Shown: one piece after another, positions 40,601 through 52,500 of the stretch
Layout: the number at the start of each line of letters is the position of its first letter
Position numbering within the stretch: the stretch's first letter is position 1
NCBI GenBank assembly: GCA_040954595.2
Contig: CM082585.2
Location: 2,386,902 to 2,450,901, forward strand
Source: Balanoglossus misakiensis
Taxonomy: Eukaryota; Animalia; Hemichordata
Length of the DNA stretch: 64,000 nt
Direction: 5' to 3'
The notes under the pieces: model-generated
The model's input: the letters and a program-made list of their open reading frames with translations, nothing else
Told to the model about the DNA's origin: nothing
The model's database searches: none
Position numbers and translations under genes: made by a program

Positions 40601-41832
40601 AAATTCTGTTGTGATGCGCAGAACACATATATAGGCCTATGCGCATATGAACGTTTTCCACTATACTCCGTAGATCGACGGATAGTTCTAAAATTTCCAT
40701 TGTTGCTTCCAAACACATCCTCGTTTGTTTACAAAATTCTGTTGTGATGCGCAGAACACATATATAGGCCTATGCGCATATGAACGTTTTCCACTATACT
40801 CCGTAGATCGACAGATAGCTCTAAAATTTCCATTGTTGCTTCCAAACAAAGCCTCGTTTGTTTACAAAATTCTGTTGTGATGTGCATAACACATGATAGG
40901 CCTATGCGCATATGAACGTTTTCCACTATACTCTGTAGATCGAGAGATAGTTCTAGAATTTCCATGTTTGCTTCCAAACAGCCTCGTTTATTTACGGAAT
41001 TCTGTTTTGAGGCGCAGAACACATAGATAGGCATATGTGCATAAGAAAGTTTTCCACTATAGACTCTGTAGATCGACGGATAGTTCTAAAGTTTCCATTG
41101 TTGCTTCCAAACAAAGCCTCGATTGTTTACAAAATTCTGTTGTGATGCGCAGAACACATATATAGGCCTATGCGCATATGAACGTTTTCCACTATACTCC
41201 GTAGATCGACAGATAGTTCTAAAATTTCCATTGTTGCTTCCAAACAGCCTCGTTTATTTACCGAATTCTGTTGTGAGGCGCAGAACACGTAATAGGCCTA
41301 TGCGCATAAGAAACTTTTCAACTTTATATCGAGAGATTGTTCTAAAATTTCCATGGTTGTTTCCAAACACAGCCTCGTTCATTTACAAAATTCTGTTGTG
41401 ATGCGCTGAACACATACATATGCCTATGCGCATAAGAAAGTTTCCCACTAGATTCTGTAGATCGACGGATAGTTCTAAAATTTCCATGATTGCTTCCAAA
41501 CACATCCTCGATTGTTTACAAAATTCTGTTGTGATGCGCAGAACACATATATAGGCCTATGCGCATATGAACGTTTTCCACTATACTCCGTAGATCGACA
41601 GATAGTTCTAAAATTTCCAATGTTGCTTCCAAACAAAGCCTCGTTTGTTTACAAAATTATGTTGTGATGTGCATAACACATGATAGGCCTATGCGCATAT
41701 GAACGTTTTCCACTATACTCTGTAGATCGAGAGATAGTTCTAAAATTTCCATGGTTGTTTCCAAACACAGCCTCGTTCATTTACAAAATTCTGTTGTGAT
41801 GCGCAGAACACATATATAGGCCTATGCGCATA
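25618..41832. repeat. Tandem satellite array (block 2), same monomer and orientation
   Basis: Continuous monomers between the two insertions, including a 3028-bp tandem duplication (e.g. 33585/36613, 35635/38663). Confidence 0.99.
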
Positions 41833-41951
41833 CACTGCAAATTCTTCTGGCTTTCCTGCAAGCTAAATTCAAGCCAAATTCAAACCGGCTTGTTTGTCGC
41901 AAATCGGCTTCTTTCGTTTCTTCAAATCTGGCTTGATTTTGGCTTGAATTT

Positions 41952-42483
41952 AGCTTGCTGAGTTGCCGTTTTATATAACTTACCGGCTTGCTGATAGACC
42001 ACAGCAAGTTTAATGAATGGTGTGTTGGCCAACCATAGTACCGAAATATGGTTTGCTGGCATGCCATTCTATTCAGCAAATGAGCTTGAAGACACACCGA
42101 TTCATTATCCAGTGGTTTGTCAACAAACCATCACAAATCTAAGGGGTTTGTATATAAACCAATGAATATATTATGATGGCTTGCATGTAAGCCACTTTCT
42201 AAAACAATGGCTTGCCAACAAACCGTCGAATAATACAAGGGGGTTGTACGTAAACCCTTAAAATTTACATTGGCTTGTCTGAAAGCCAACTTCTACTTAA
42301 AACTGGTGTGCTAGCAAACCAAACATGAATCACTTCAGTTTGCCAGCAAACCAAAAATTAGCATTTCCTGGTTTGCTGACAAACTGAGAATGCTTGAGCA
42401 GTGGTTTAAAAATCAGCCACTCTGCTTGGGCTTTGGCATGTATACAAACCATTCTTACACAGAATGCAGTTTGTAAGCAAGCC
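41952..42483. repeat. Left subterminal array of a 16-bp quasi-palindrome GGYTTG-N5-AARCC at ~32-bp period
   Basis: Motif starts at 41952, 41985, 42019, 42050, 42083, 42114, 42145, 42178, 42209, 42241, 42272, 42305, 42337, 42370, 42403, 42435 and 42468. Confidence 0.85.
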
Positions 42484-43513
42484 AAAAATTTGAATTGCAT
42501 GTTTGGCTTCTGTTTACCTAAAAGCTATAGTTATAAATTTGGGCCATTTTTAGCATTTTTGCTCTTTCAAGTGACTGCAGTTTCTTGTTCAACTCACCAA
42601 AGCATGATGCAATGCCATTTACTAGATTCTATACACTGCCATAATTGTACAATCAGCAATTGTCAAAAAACATAATTTTAGTCCAGACCTGAACTCATTT
42701 GCAAAGGCCAAAGTTGAGATCCTGAACCTGGGCAGTTAATCATGCTTTAAGGAGTACAACAGAAATAAGGAGTCGATACACTGAACAAAAATACATAAAA
42801 AATAGCCCAAAGTTAGTTACTATGCCCTTAAATAACTTGGTCTTGAAGCATAACATGTGTCATAATGTGCAGCATCTTAGTACTCCACAGTCAATGGTAT
42901 GTTAACCTGTCAAAAAAGCACACCGAGAAAGATCTTTTTTGGTCAATCATTATTATTGTAATGACAATGTAAGAAAAAAGGAACAACGGTAAATACATGG
43001 TATTATGTAAATCAAATGAATTAACCCCATAAATGATAGAAAATATATACAATAAAACTTTTATCTCATTTTCCGTTCAAGTGGTTAGGGAAAATCATTT
43101 CAATCCATCAAAAATGCCTCACTTTTTGAATCTACTGTTTGTCAAAACTGACATGAATACAGATTTCAAAGTCACCATTAAGTGTGGAAAAGTACTTTTA
43201 AATCCTCCTTTATATGCATTTGAGTATTGGAGTCATGGCAGTAGCCTTGAGTATCTTCTTCCTTACTATGAAACTTCGTCTTCTTTCAATGGGAAACACT
43301 CTCAAATAGTGAAAAACAAAAAGAGAAAACAATCTTGTTAGAAATTAACATGAGTGTATTTTAGAAACAATTTCCAGCATGAAAACAACACATAACACAT
43401 ATGTACACAAGAAAATATGACAATGACTCGTATGAGACATACTCAACAAAAGAAGATAGTGTCTCTCTATTTATCAATGGGGAATGACTATGAGACTGAC
43501 ACACATACCACAA

Positions 43514-44258
43514 AACACTACGATATGGTGCCATCCTAATGTTATAGGCAGCAACCATATGAGAACATGAGACTGACCGATACAACACTACGATATGGTG
43601 CCATCCTAATGTTATAGGCAGCAACCATATGAGAACATGAGACTGACCGATACAACACTACGATATGGTGCCATCCTAATGTTATAGGCAGCAACCATAT
43701 GAGAACATGAGACTGACCGATACAACACTACGATATGGTGCCATCCTACTGTTATAGGCAGCAACCATATGAGAACATGAGACTGACCGATACAACACTA
43801 CGATATGGTGCCATCCTAATGTTATAGGCAGCAACCATATGAGAACATGAGACTGACCGATACAACACTACGATATGGTGCCATCCTAATGTTATAGGCA
43901 GCAACCATATGAGAACATGAGACTGACCGATACAACACTACGATATGGTGCCATCCTAATGTTATAGGCAGCAACCATATGAGAACATGAGACTGACCGA
44001 TACAACACTACGATATGGTGCCATCCTAATGTTATAGGCAGCAACCATATGAGAACATGAGACTGACCGATACAACACTACGATATGGTGCCATCCTAAT
44101 GTTATAGGCAGCAACCATATGAGAACATGAGACTGACCGATACAACACTACGATATGGTGCCATCCTACTGTTATAGGCAGCAACCATATGAGAACATGA
44201 GACTGACCGATACAACACTACGATATGGTGCCATCCTAATGTTATAGGCAGCAACCAT
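43514..44258. repeat. 70-bp minisatellite, ~10.6 copies, inside the DNA transposon
   Basis: Unit GAGAACATGAGACTGACCGATACAACACTACGATATGGTGCCATCCTAATGTTATAGGCAGCAACCATAT starts at 43561, 43631 ... 44191. The only variant seen is CCTACT in two units. Confidence 0.98.
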
Positions 44259-44738
44259 GAAACACTAACATAACCATGAGATACACAGCATGTAACAAAC
44301 AAGATGAAATTGATTCAATGAGCAATGCATGAAATTTCGCACCTAGAGTTTAGTGAATTGTTTCCTTTGACTATAACTGAATACATGTTACATACATGAT
44401 AGCTGGACTATATTAATAAATACAGATAGGCATGTTCCTTTAAAACTCGTTTTTAGGCATAAATAGTAAAATCTCTTCCCAAATGCAATACTGAAATTAT
44501 AACCACATGGTTGGTATTTTATAATGAAGTCCCTACAAACTAAACTGTAAAGAAAACAGATGACTAGATGACAAAAATGGATATTAAAAAAATAACAAAA
44601 TCTACTTAATTATACATACCGTGTATGCTTCGACATAAATGCTACTTGTTGACTTTTTCATATTTTTGTGGTGCCTAATAAAATAAAAACTGCTCCTTCC
44701 CATAACCAGTATCACCACTCCTGCAAAACCAAGATCAT

Positions 44739-45155
44739 TTATTTCATTCTTATGCAAATATCTGGGGTTCAATTAAAGTAGGAATCATTATTGTTACAAA
44801 TCGCAGGCATGCAGGGGTTAAATAATCCTGTGGTCCGAGATCATGGTTTATCAAAAAAAAATATTCAGCCAATGATTTAAATCATTATTGTTACAAATCG
44901 CAGGCATGCAGGGGTTAAATAATCCTGTGGTCCGAGATCATGGTTTATCAAAAAAAAATTAATCAGCCAATGATTTAAATATTATGGGTATCCATTATTT
45001 CATTCTTATGCAAATATCTGGGGTTCAATTAAAGTAGGAATCATTATTGTTACAAATCGCAGGCATGCAGGGGTTAAATAATCCTGTGGTCCGAGATCAC
45101 GGTTTATCAAAAAAAAATTATTCAGCCAATGATTTAAATATTATGGGTATCCATT
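44739..45155. repeat. Three near-identical overlapping tandem copies of a ~100-160 bp segment
   Basis: AATCATTATTGTTACAAATCGCAGGCATGCAGGGG... starts at 44783, 44880 and 45039. The upstream part ATTTCATTCTTATGC occurs at 44741 and 44997. Confidence 0.92.
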
Positions 45156-45278
45156 GATATAGTATTGGAACACAAAACAACATTTTATTGCGGTTACCCC
45201 CCCCCCCCCAATGTTGACTTCCGCTGCCACTAGCCCCACTCGAAGCTTCATATATTTGAAATATCTCTCGATCTACAA

Positions 45279-45762
45279 ATGATCAATACAGTATAGATAT
45301 TATTACATATTTTGAATTATCTTGACTAGTAAAAGTGCATAAACAAACATGAATGGGGATGTAGGCTGCCAATAGCAAGCATGGTGAAATTCCTAGGCTA
45401 TGGCGCTATAGGGCCCCACTCCGGAGCTGCATTAAAAAAATTCTTTTGATTTGCTCAGACTTTTTTGTAACCATCCACACATGATCAATGCAGTATATAA
45501 AGGATTCAGGCCTTTTAATAGTGACATACTTTGCATCGTCTTCGCTCACAAAAATGCATAAACAAAAATGAACGGGGATGGAGGCTGAAAATAGCAAGAA
45601 TAATGAAATTCCTTTGGGGCCCCACTCCCTACTTTATGCTGTCAAACTTTTGACATTACTTCTTCTCACATGCTTTTCAGCTATCATCAACACATGATCA
45701 AGTCAGTATATACAGGATTCGGGCCTGTTAATTTTGTATTATCTTCACTGCTCGCAAAAATG
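45279..45762. repeat. Diverged ~200-bp tandem repeat (about 2.4 copies)
   Basis: ATGATCAA..CAGTATA recurs near 45279, 45481 and 45694. TGCATAAACAAA.ATGAA.GGGGATG...AATAGCAAG...TGAAATTCCT...GGGCCCCACTCC occurs twice. Confidence 0.75.
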
Positions 45763-46123
45763 TAGTTACTGTCACAAAATGGAATGGAAGCAGGACTTAC
45801 CCCAACCGGCATTGTTCTATGTTACGGTCTCGTAGATGCTGGCGGTCAACTGCTAAGTCATTAGATGTCATCCTTCCATAACGATGCTCGGTGCCAAAGT
45901 AATTATCCACGCATATGGTATTTCGGTTCTACCTTAGGAACAGGTTGAGTGCATTGTAAATCGCTGAACGAATTTTATAAAGGGAACGACGTGGTTCGAT
46001 CGGCTTCCTCACGCGTGGACCGTCTTCTCTCGCGTCAAAACGTTGTAGTTGTGTAATAAATAACCTTTGACCCTGCATTCGCGCGCCAAATCAGGGTATT
46101 TCGCAAGACATTGTGCCCAGCGT

Positions 46124-46502
46124 GGCGTGTATATGAACCACATCCCGGCAAAGTTTTCCATGGCGTGTTTTCAAACCATACTTACATCTTTTTATGGTTT
46201 GAAAAGCGACCACTAACTCCAACGGCTTAAAATGCAGCCAAGGTTAAATATGGTACAAATTCGAGCCAGACATAAGTATCACTAAAGTTTGCGAGCAAAC
46301 CAGAGATTTTGTTCAATGGCTTAATAATAAGCCATTCCAGACAGGTTGTCCAGCGGCGTATTTACAAACCATTTTTCTAACATTGACTGGCTTGCTGGCA
46401 CACACCAGACAATTTAGCGGCTTGTGGAAATACCGAAGTTTCGGCAAGTATGACGAGATGGCTTGTCAGCAAACCCGAATGGCTTGAGTACAAACCGGCT
46501 TG
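46124..46502. repeat. Right subterminal array of the same 16-bp quasi-palindrome, less regularly spaced
   Basis: Motif starts at 46124, 46162, 46196, 46224, 46252, 46286, 46318, 46355, 46389, 46419, 46460 and 46481, plus a half-site at 46497. Confidence 0.8.
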
Positions 46503-46522
46503 TTTTTGCAGAATTTGCAGTG

Positions 46523-49500
46523 TATGAACGTTTTCCACTATACTCCGTAGATCGACAGATAGTTCTAAAATTTCCAATGTTGCTTCCAAACAAAGCCTCG
46601 TTTGTTTACAAAATTATGTTGTGATGTGCATAACACATGATAGGCCTATGCGCATATGAACGTTTTCCACTATACTCTGTAGATCGAGAGATAGTTCTAA
46701 AATTTCCACGGTTGCTTCCAAACAAAGCCTCGTTTGTTTACAAAATTATGTTGTGATGTGCATAACACATGATAGGCCTATGCGCATATGAACGTTTTCC
46801 ACTATACTCTGTAGATCGAGAGATAGTTCTAAAATTTCCACGGTTGCTTCCAAACAGCCTCGTTTATTTACGGAATTATGTTGTGAGGCGCAGAACACAC
46901 GATAGGCCTATGCGCATAAGACATTTTTCCACTAGACTCTGTAGATCGACGGATAGTTCAAAAATTTCCATGGTTGCTTCCAAACAGCCTCGTTTATTTA
47001 CCGAATTCTGTTGTTAGGCGCAGAACACGTAATAGGCCTATGCGCATAAGAAAGTTTTCCACCAGACTCTGTAGATCGACGGATAGTTGTAAAATTTACA
47101 TGGTTGCTTCCAAATACAGCCTCGTTTATTTAGCGATTTCTGTTGTGATGCGCATAATACATAGATAGGCCTATGTGCATAATAAAGTTTTACACTAGAC
47201 TCTGTAGATCGAGAGATAGTTCTAAAATTTCCATGGTTGTTTCCAAACACAGCCTCGTTCATTTACAAAATTCTGTTGTGATGCGCTGAACACATACATA
47301 TGCCTATGCGCATAAGAAAGTTTCCCACTAGACTCTGTAGATCGACGGATAGTTCTAAAATTTCCATGATTGCTTCCAAACACATCCTCGATTGTTTACA
47401 AAATTCTGTTGTGATGTGCATAACACATGATAGGCCTATGCGCATAAGAACGTTTTCCACTATACTCTGTAGATCGAGAGATAGTTCTAAAATTTCCATT
47501 GTTGCTTCCAAACAAAGCCTCGTTTGTTTACAAAATTCTGTTGTGATGCGCAGAACACATATATAGGCCTATGCGCATATGAACGTTTTCCACTATACTC
47601 CGTAGATCGACAGATAGTTCTAAAATTTCCATTGTTGCTTCCAAACAAAGCCTCGATTGTTTACAAAATTCTGTTGTGATGCGCAGAACACATATATAGG
47701 CCTATGCGCATATGAACGTTTTCCACTATACTCCGTAGATCGACAGATAGTTCTAAAATTTCCATTGTTGCTTCCAAACAAAGCCTCGTTTGTTTACAAA
47801 ATTCTGTTGTGATGTGCATAACACATGATAGGCCTATGCGCATATATGAACGTTTTCCACTAGACTCTGTAGATCGAGAGATAGTTCTAGAATTTCCATG
47901 TTTGCTTCCAAACAGCCTCGTTTATTTACGGAATTCTGTTTTGAGGCGCAGAACACATAGATAGGCATATGTGCATAAGAAAGTTTTCCACTATAGACTC
48001 TGTAGATCGACGGATAGTTCTAAAATTTCCATGATTGCTTCCAAACACATCCTCGATTGTTTACAAAATTCTGTTGTGATGCGCAGAACACATATATAGG
48101 CCTATGCGCATATGAACGTTTTCCACTATACTCCGTAGATCGACAGATAGTTCTAAAATTTTCATTGTTGCTTCCAAACAAAGCCTCGTTTGTTTACAAA
48201 ATTATGTTGTGATGTGCATAACACATGATAGGCCTATGCGCATATGAACGTTTTCCACTATACTCTGTAGATCGAGAGATAGTTCTAAAATTTCCACGGT
48301 TGCTTCCAAACAGCCTCGTTTATTTACGGAATTATGTTGTGAGGCGCAGAACACACGATAGGCCTATGCGCATAAGACATTTTTCCACTAGACTCTGTAG
48401 ATCGACGGATAGTTCAAAAATTTCCATGGTTGCTTCCAAACAGCCTCGTTTATTTACCGAATTCTGTTGTTAGGCGCAGAACACGTAATAGGCCTATGCG
48501 CATAAGAAAGTTTTCCACCAGACTCTGTAGATCGACGGATAGTTGTAAAATTTACATGGTTGCTTCCAAATACAGCCTCGTTTATTTAGCGATTTCTGTT
48601 GTGATGCGCATAATACATAGATAGGCCTATGTGCATAATAAAGTTTTACACTAGACTCTGTAGATCGAGAGATAGTTCTAAAATTTCCATAGTTGTTTCC
48701 AAACACAGCCTCGTTCATTTACAAAATTCTGTTGTGATGCGCTGAACACATACATATGCCTATGCGCATAAGAAAGTTTCCCACTAGACTCTGTAGATCG
48801 ACGGATAGTTCTAAAATTTCCATGATTGCTTCCAAACACATCCTCGATTGTTTACAAAATTCTGTTGTGATGTGCATAACACATGATAGGCCTATGCGCA
48901 TAAGAACGTTTTCCACTATACTCTGTAGATCGAGAGATAGTTCTAAAATTTCCATTGTTGCTTCCAAACAAAGCCTCGTTTGTTTACAAAATTCTGTTGT
49001 GATGCGCAGAACACATATATAGGCCTATGCGCATATGAACGTTTTCCACTATACTCCGTAGATCGACAGATAGTTCTAAAATTTCCATTGTTGCTTCCAA
49101 ACAAAGCCTCGATTGTTTACAAAATTCTGTTGTGATGCGCAGAACACATATATAGGCCTATGCGCATATGAACGTTTTCCACTATACTCCGTAGATCGAC
49201 AGATAGTTCTAAAATTTCCATTGTTGCTTCCAAACAAAGCCTCGTTTGTTTACAAAATTCTGTTGTGATGTGCATAACACATGATAGGCCTATGCGCATA
49301 TATGAACGTTTTCCACTAGACTCTGTAGATCGAGAGATAGTTCTAGAATTTCCATGTTTGCTTCCAAACAGCCTCGTTTATTTACGGAATTCTGTTTTGA
49401 GGCGCAGAACACATAGATAGGCATATGTGCATAAGAAAGTTTTCCACTATAGACTCTGTAGATCGACGGATAGTTCTAAAATTTCCATGATTGCTTCCAA

Positions 49501-52500
49501 ACACATCCTCGATTGTTTACAAAATTCTGTTGTGATGCGCAGAACACATATATAGGCCTATGCGCATATGAACGTTTTCCACTATACTCCGTAGATCGAC
49601 AGATAGTTCTAAAATTTCCATTGTTGCTTCCAAACAAAGCCTCGTTTGTTTACAAAATTTTGTTGTGATGTGCATAACACATGATAGGCCTATGCGCACA
49701 TGAACGTTTTTCCACTAGACTCTGTAGATCGACGGATAGTTCTAAAATTTCCATGGTTGCTTCCAAACAGCCTCGTTTATTTACCGAATTCTGTTGTTAG
49801 GCGCAGAACACGTAATAGGCCTATGCGCATAAGAAAGTTTTCCACCAGACTCTGTAGATCGACGGATAGTTGTAAAATTTACATGGTTGCTTCCAAATAC
49901 AGCCTCATTTATTTAGCGGTTTCTGTTGTGATGCGCATAATACATAGATAGGCCTATGCGCATAAGAACGTTTTCGACTAGACTCTGTAGATCGACGGAT
50001 AGTTCTAAAATTTCCATGGTTGCTTCCAAACAGCCTCGTTTATTTACCGAATTCTGTTGTGAGGCGCAGAACACGTAATAGGCCTATGCGCATAAGAAAG
50101 TTTTCCACCAGACTCTGTAGATCGACGGATAGTTGTAAAATTTACATGGTTGCTTCCAAATACAGCCTCGTTTATTTAGCGGTTTCTGTTGTGATGCGCA
50201 TAATACATAGATAGGCCTATGCGCATAAGAACGTTTTCGACTAGACTCTGTAGATCGACGGATAGTTCTAAAATTTCCATGGTTGCTTCCAAACAGCCTC
50301 GTTTATTTACCGAATTCTGTTGTGAGGCGCAGAACACGTAATAGGCCTATGCGCAAAAGAAACTTTTCCACCAGACTCTGTAGATCGACGGATAGTTGTA
50401 AAATTTCCATGGTTGTTTCCAAACAGCCTCGTTTATTTACCGAATTCTGTTGTGATGCGTAGAACACATACATATGCCTTTGCGCATAAGAAATTTTTCC
50501 ACTAGACTCCGTAGATCGACGGATAGTTCTAAAATTTCCATGGTTGCTTCCAAACAAAGCATCGTTTGTTTACAAAATTCTGTTGTGATGCGCAGAACAC
50601 ATAGAGAGGCCTATGCGCATAAGAAAGTTTTCCACTAGACTCTGTATATCGACGGATAGTTCTAAAATTTCCATGGTTGCTTCCAAACACATCCTCGTTT
50701 GTTTACAAAATTATGTTGTGATGCGCATAATACATAGATAGGCCTATGCGCATAAGAACGTTTTCCAGTAGACTCTGTAGATCGACGGATAGTTCTAAAA
50801 TTTCCATGGTTGCTTCCAAACAGCCTCGTTTATTTACAGAATTCTGTTGTGATGCGTAGAATACATACATATGCCTATGCGCATAAGAAATTTTACCACT
50901 AGACTCCGTAGATCGACGGATAGTTCTAAAATTTCCATGGTTGCTTCCAAACAAAGCATCGTTTGTTTACAAAATTCTGTTGTGATGCGCAGAACACATA
51001 GATAGGCCTATGCGCATATGAACGTTTTCCACTATACTCTGTAGATCGACGGATAGTTCTAAAATTTCCATGGTTGCTTCCAAACAGCCTCGTTTATTTA
51101 CAGAATTTTGTTGTGAGACGCAGAACACATACATATGCCTATGCGCATAAGAAATTTTTCCACTAGACTCCGTAGATCGACGGATAGTTGTAAAATTTAC
51201 ATGGTTGCTTCCAAATACAGCCTCGTTTATTTAGCGATTTCTGTTGTGATGCGCATAATACATAGATAGGCCTATGCGCATAAGAACGTTTTTCACTAGA
51301 CTCTGTAGATCGACGGATAGTTCTAAAATTTCCATGGTTGCTTCCAAACAGCCTCTTTTATTTACCGAATTCTGTTGTGAGGCGCAGAACACGTAATAGG
51401 CCTATGCGCATAAGAGACTTTTCCACCAGACTCTGTAGATCGACGGATAGTTGTAAAATTTCCATGGTTGTTTCCAAACAGCCTCGTTTATTTACCGAAT
51501 TCTGTTGTGATGCGTAGAACACATACATATGCCTATGCGCATAAGAAATTTTTCCACTAGACTCCGTAGATCGACGGATAGTTCTAAAATTTCCATGGTT
51601 GCTTCCAAACAAAGCATCGTTTGTTTACAAAATTCTGTTGTGATGCGCAGAACACATAGAGAGGCCTATGCGCATATGAACGTTTTCCACTAGACTCTGT
51701 ATATCGACGGATAGTTCTAAAATTTCCATGGTTGCTTCCAAACACATCCTCGTTTGTTTACAAAATTCTGTTGTGATGCGCATAATACATAGATAGGCCT
51801 ATGCGCATAAGAACGTTTTCCACTAGACTCTGTAGATCGACGGATAGTTCTAAAATTTCCATGGTTGCTTCCAAACAGCCTCGTTTATTTACAGAATTCT
51901 GTTGTGAGACGCAGAACACATACATATGCCTATGCGCATAAGAAATTTTTCCACTAGACTCCGTAGATCGACGGATAGTTGTAAAATTTACATGGTTGCT
52001 TCCAAATACAGCCTCGTTTATTTAGCGATTTCTGTTGTGATGCGCATAATACATAGATAGGCCTATGCGCATAAGAACGTTTTTCACTAGACTCTGTAGA
52101 TCGACGGATAGTTCTAAAATTTCCATGGTTGCTTCCAAACAGCCTCTTTTATTTACCGAATTCTGTTGTGAGGCGCAGAACACGTAATAGGCCTATGCGC
52201 ATAAGAGACTTTTCCACCAGACTCTGTAGATCGACGGATAGTTGTAAAATTTCCATGGTTGTTTCCAAACAGCCTCGTTTATTTACCGAATTCTGTTGTG
52301 ATGCGTAGAACACATACATATGCCTATGCGCATAAGAAATTTTTCCACTAGACTCCGTAGATCGACGGATAGTTCTAAAATTTCCATGGTTGCTTCCAAA
52401 CAAAGCATCGTTTGTTTACAAAATTCTGTTGTGATGCGCAGAACACATAGAGAGGCCTATGCGCATATGAACGTTTTCCACTAGACTCTGTATATCGACG

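Larger units (their letters stand above)
41833..46522. mobile_element. Non-autonomous CACTA/EnSpm-like DNA transposon (4690 bp)
   Basis: 13-bp TIRs CACTGCAAATTCT (41833-45) and AGAATTTGCAGTG (46510-22), with a 2-bp TSD TA (41831-32, 46523-24) inside GCGCA-TA-TGAACG. It has subterminal repeats and no transposase-length ORF. CACTG ends with a 2-bp TSD fit animal EnSpm families. Confidence 0.85.

Noticed and set aside
41952-42483. Subterminal array as a true CRISPR
   Set aside because: The repeats are degenerate, the spacers are only ~16 bp, there are no cas genes, and the array sits inside TIRs at both ends of a DNA transposon.
41831-46524. Tc1/mariner assignment based on the TA duplication
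   Set aside because: Short CACTG TIRs plus subterminal motif arrays fit animal EnSpm/CACTA better. It is not fully excluded without a transposase.
41822-46589. ORFs inside the DNA transposon (42394, 43033, 43361, 44102, 45406, 46377)
   Set aside because: They are short, low-information or minisatellite-derived, with no DDE or other domain motifs recognised.
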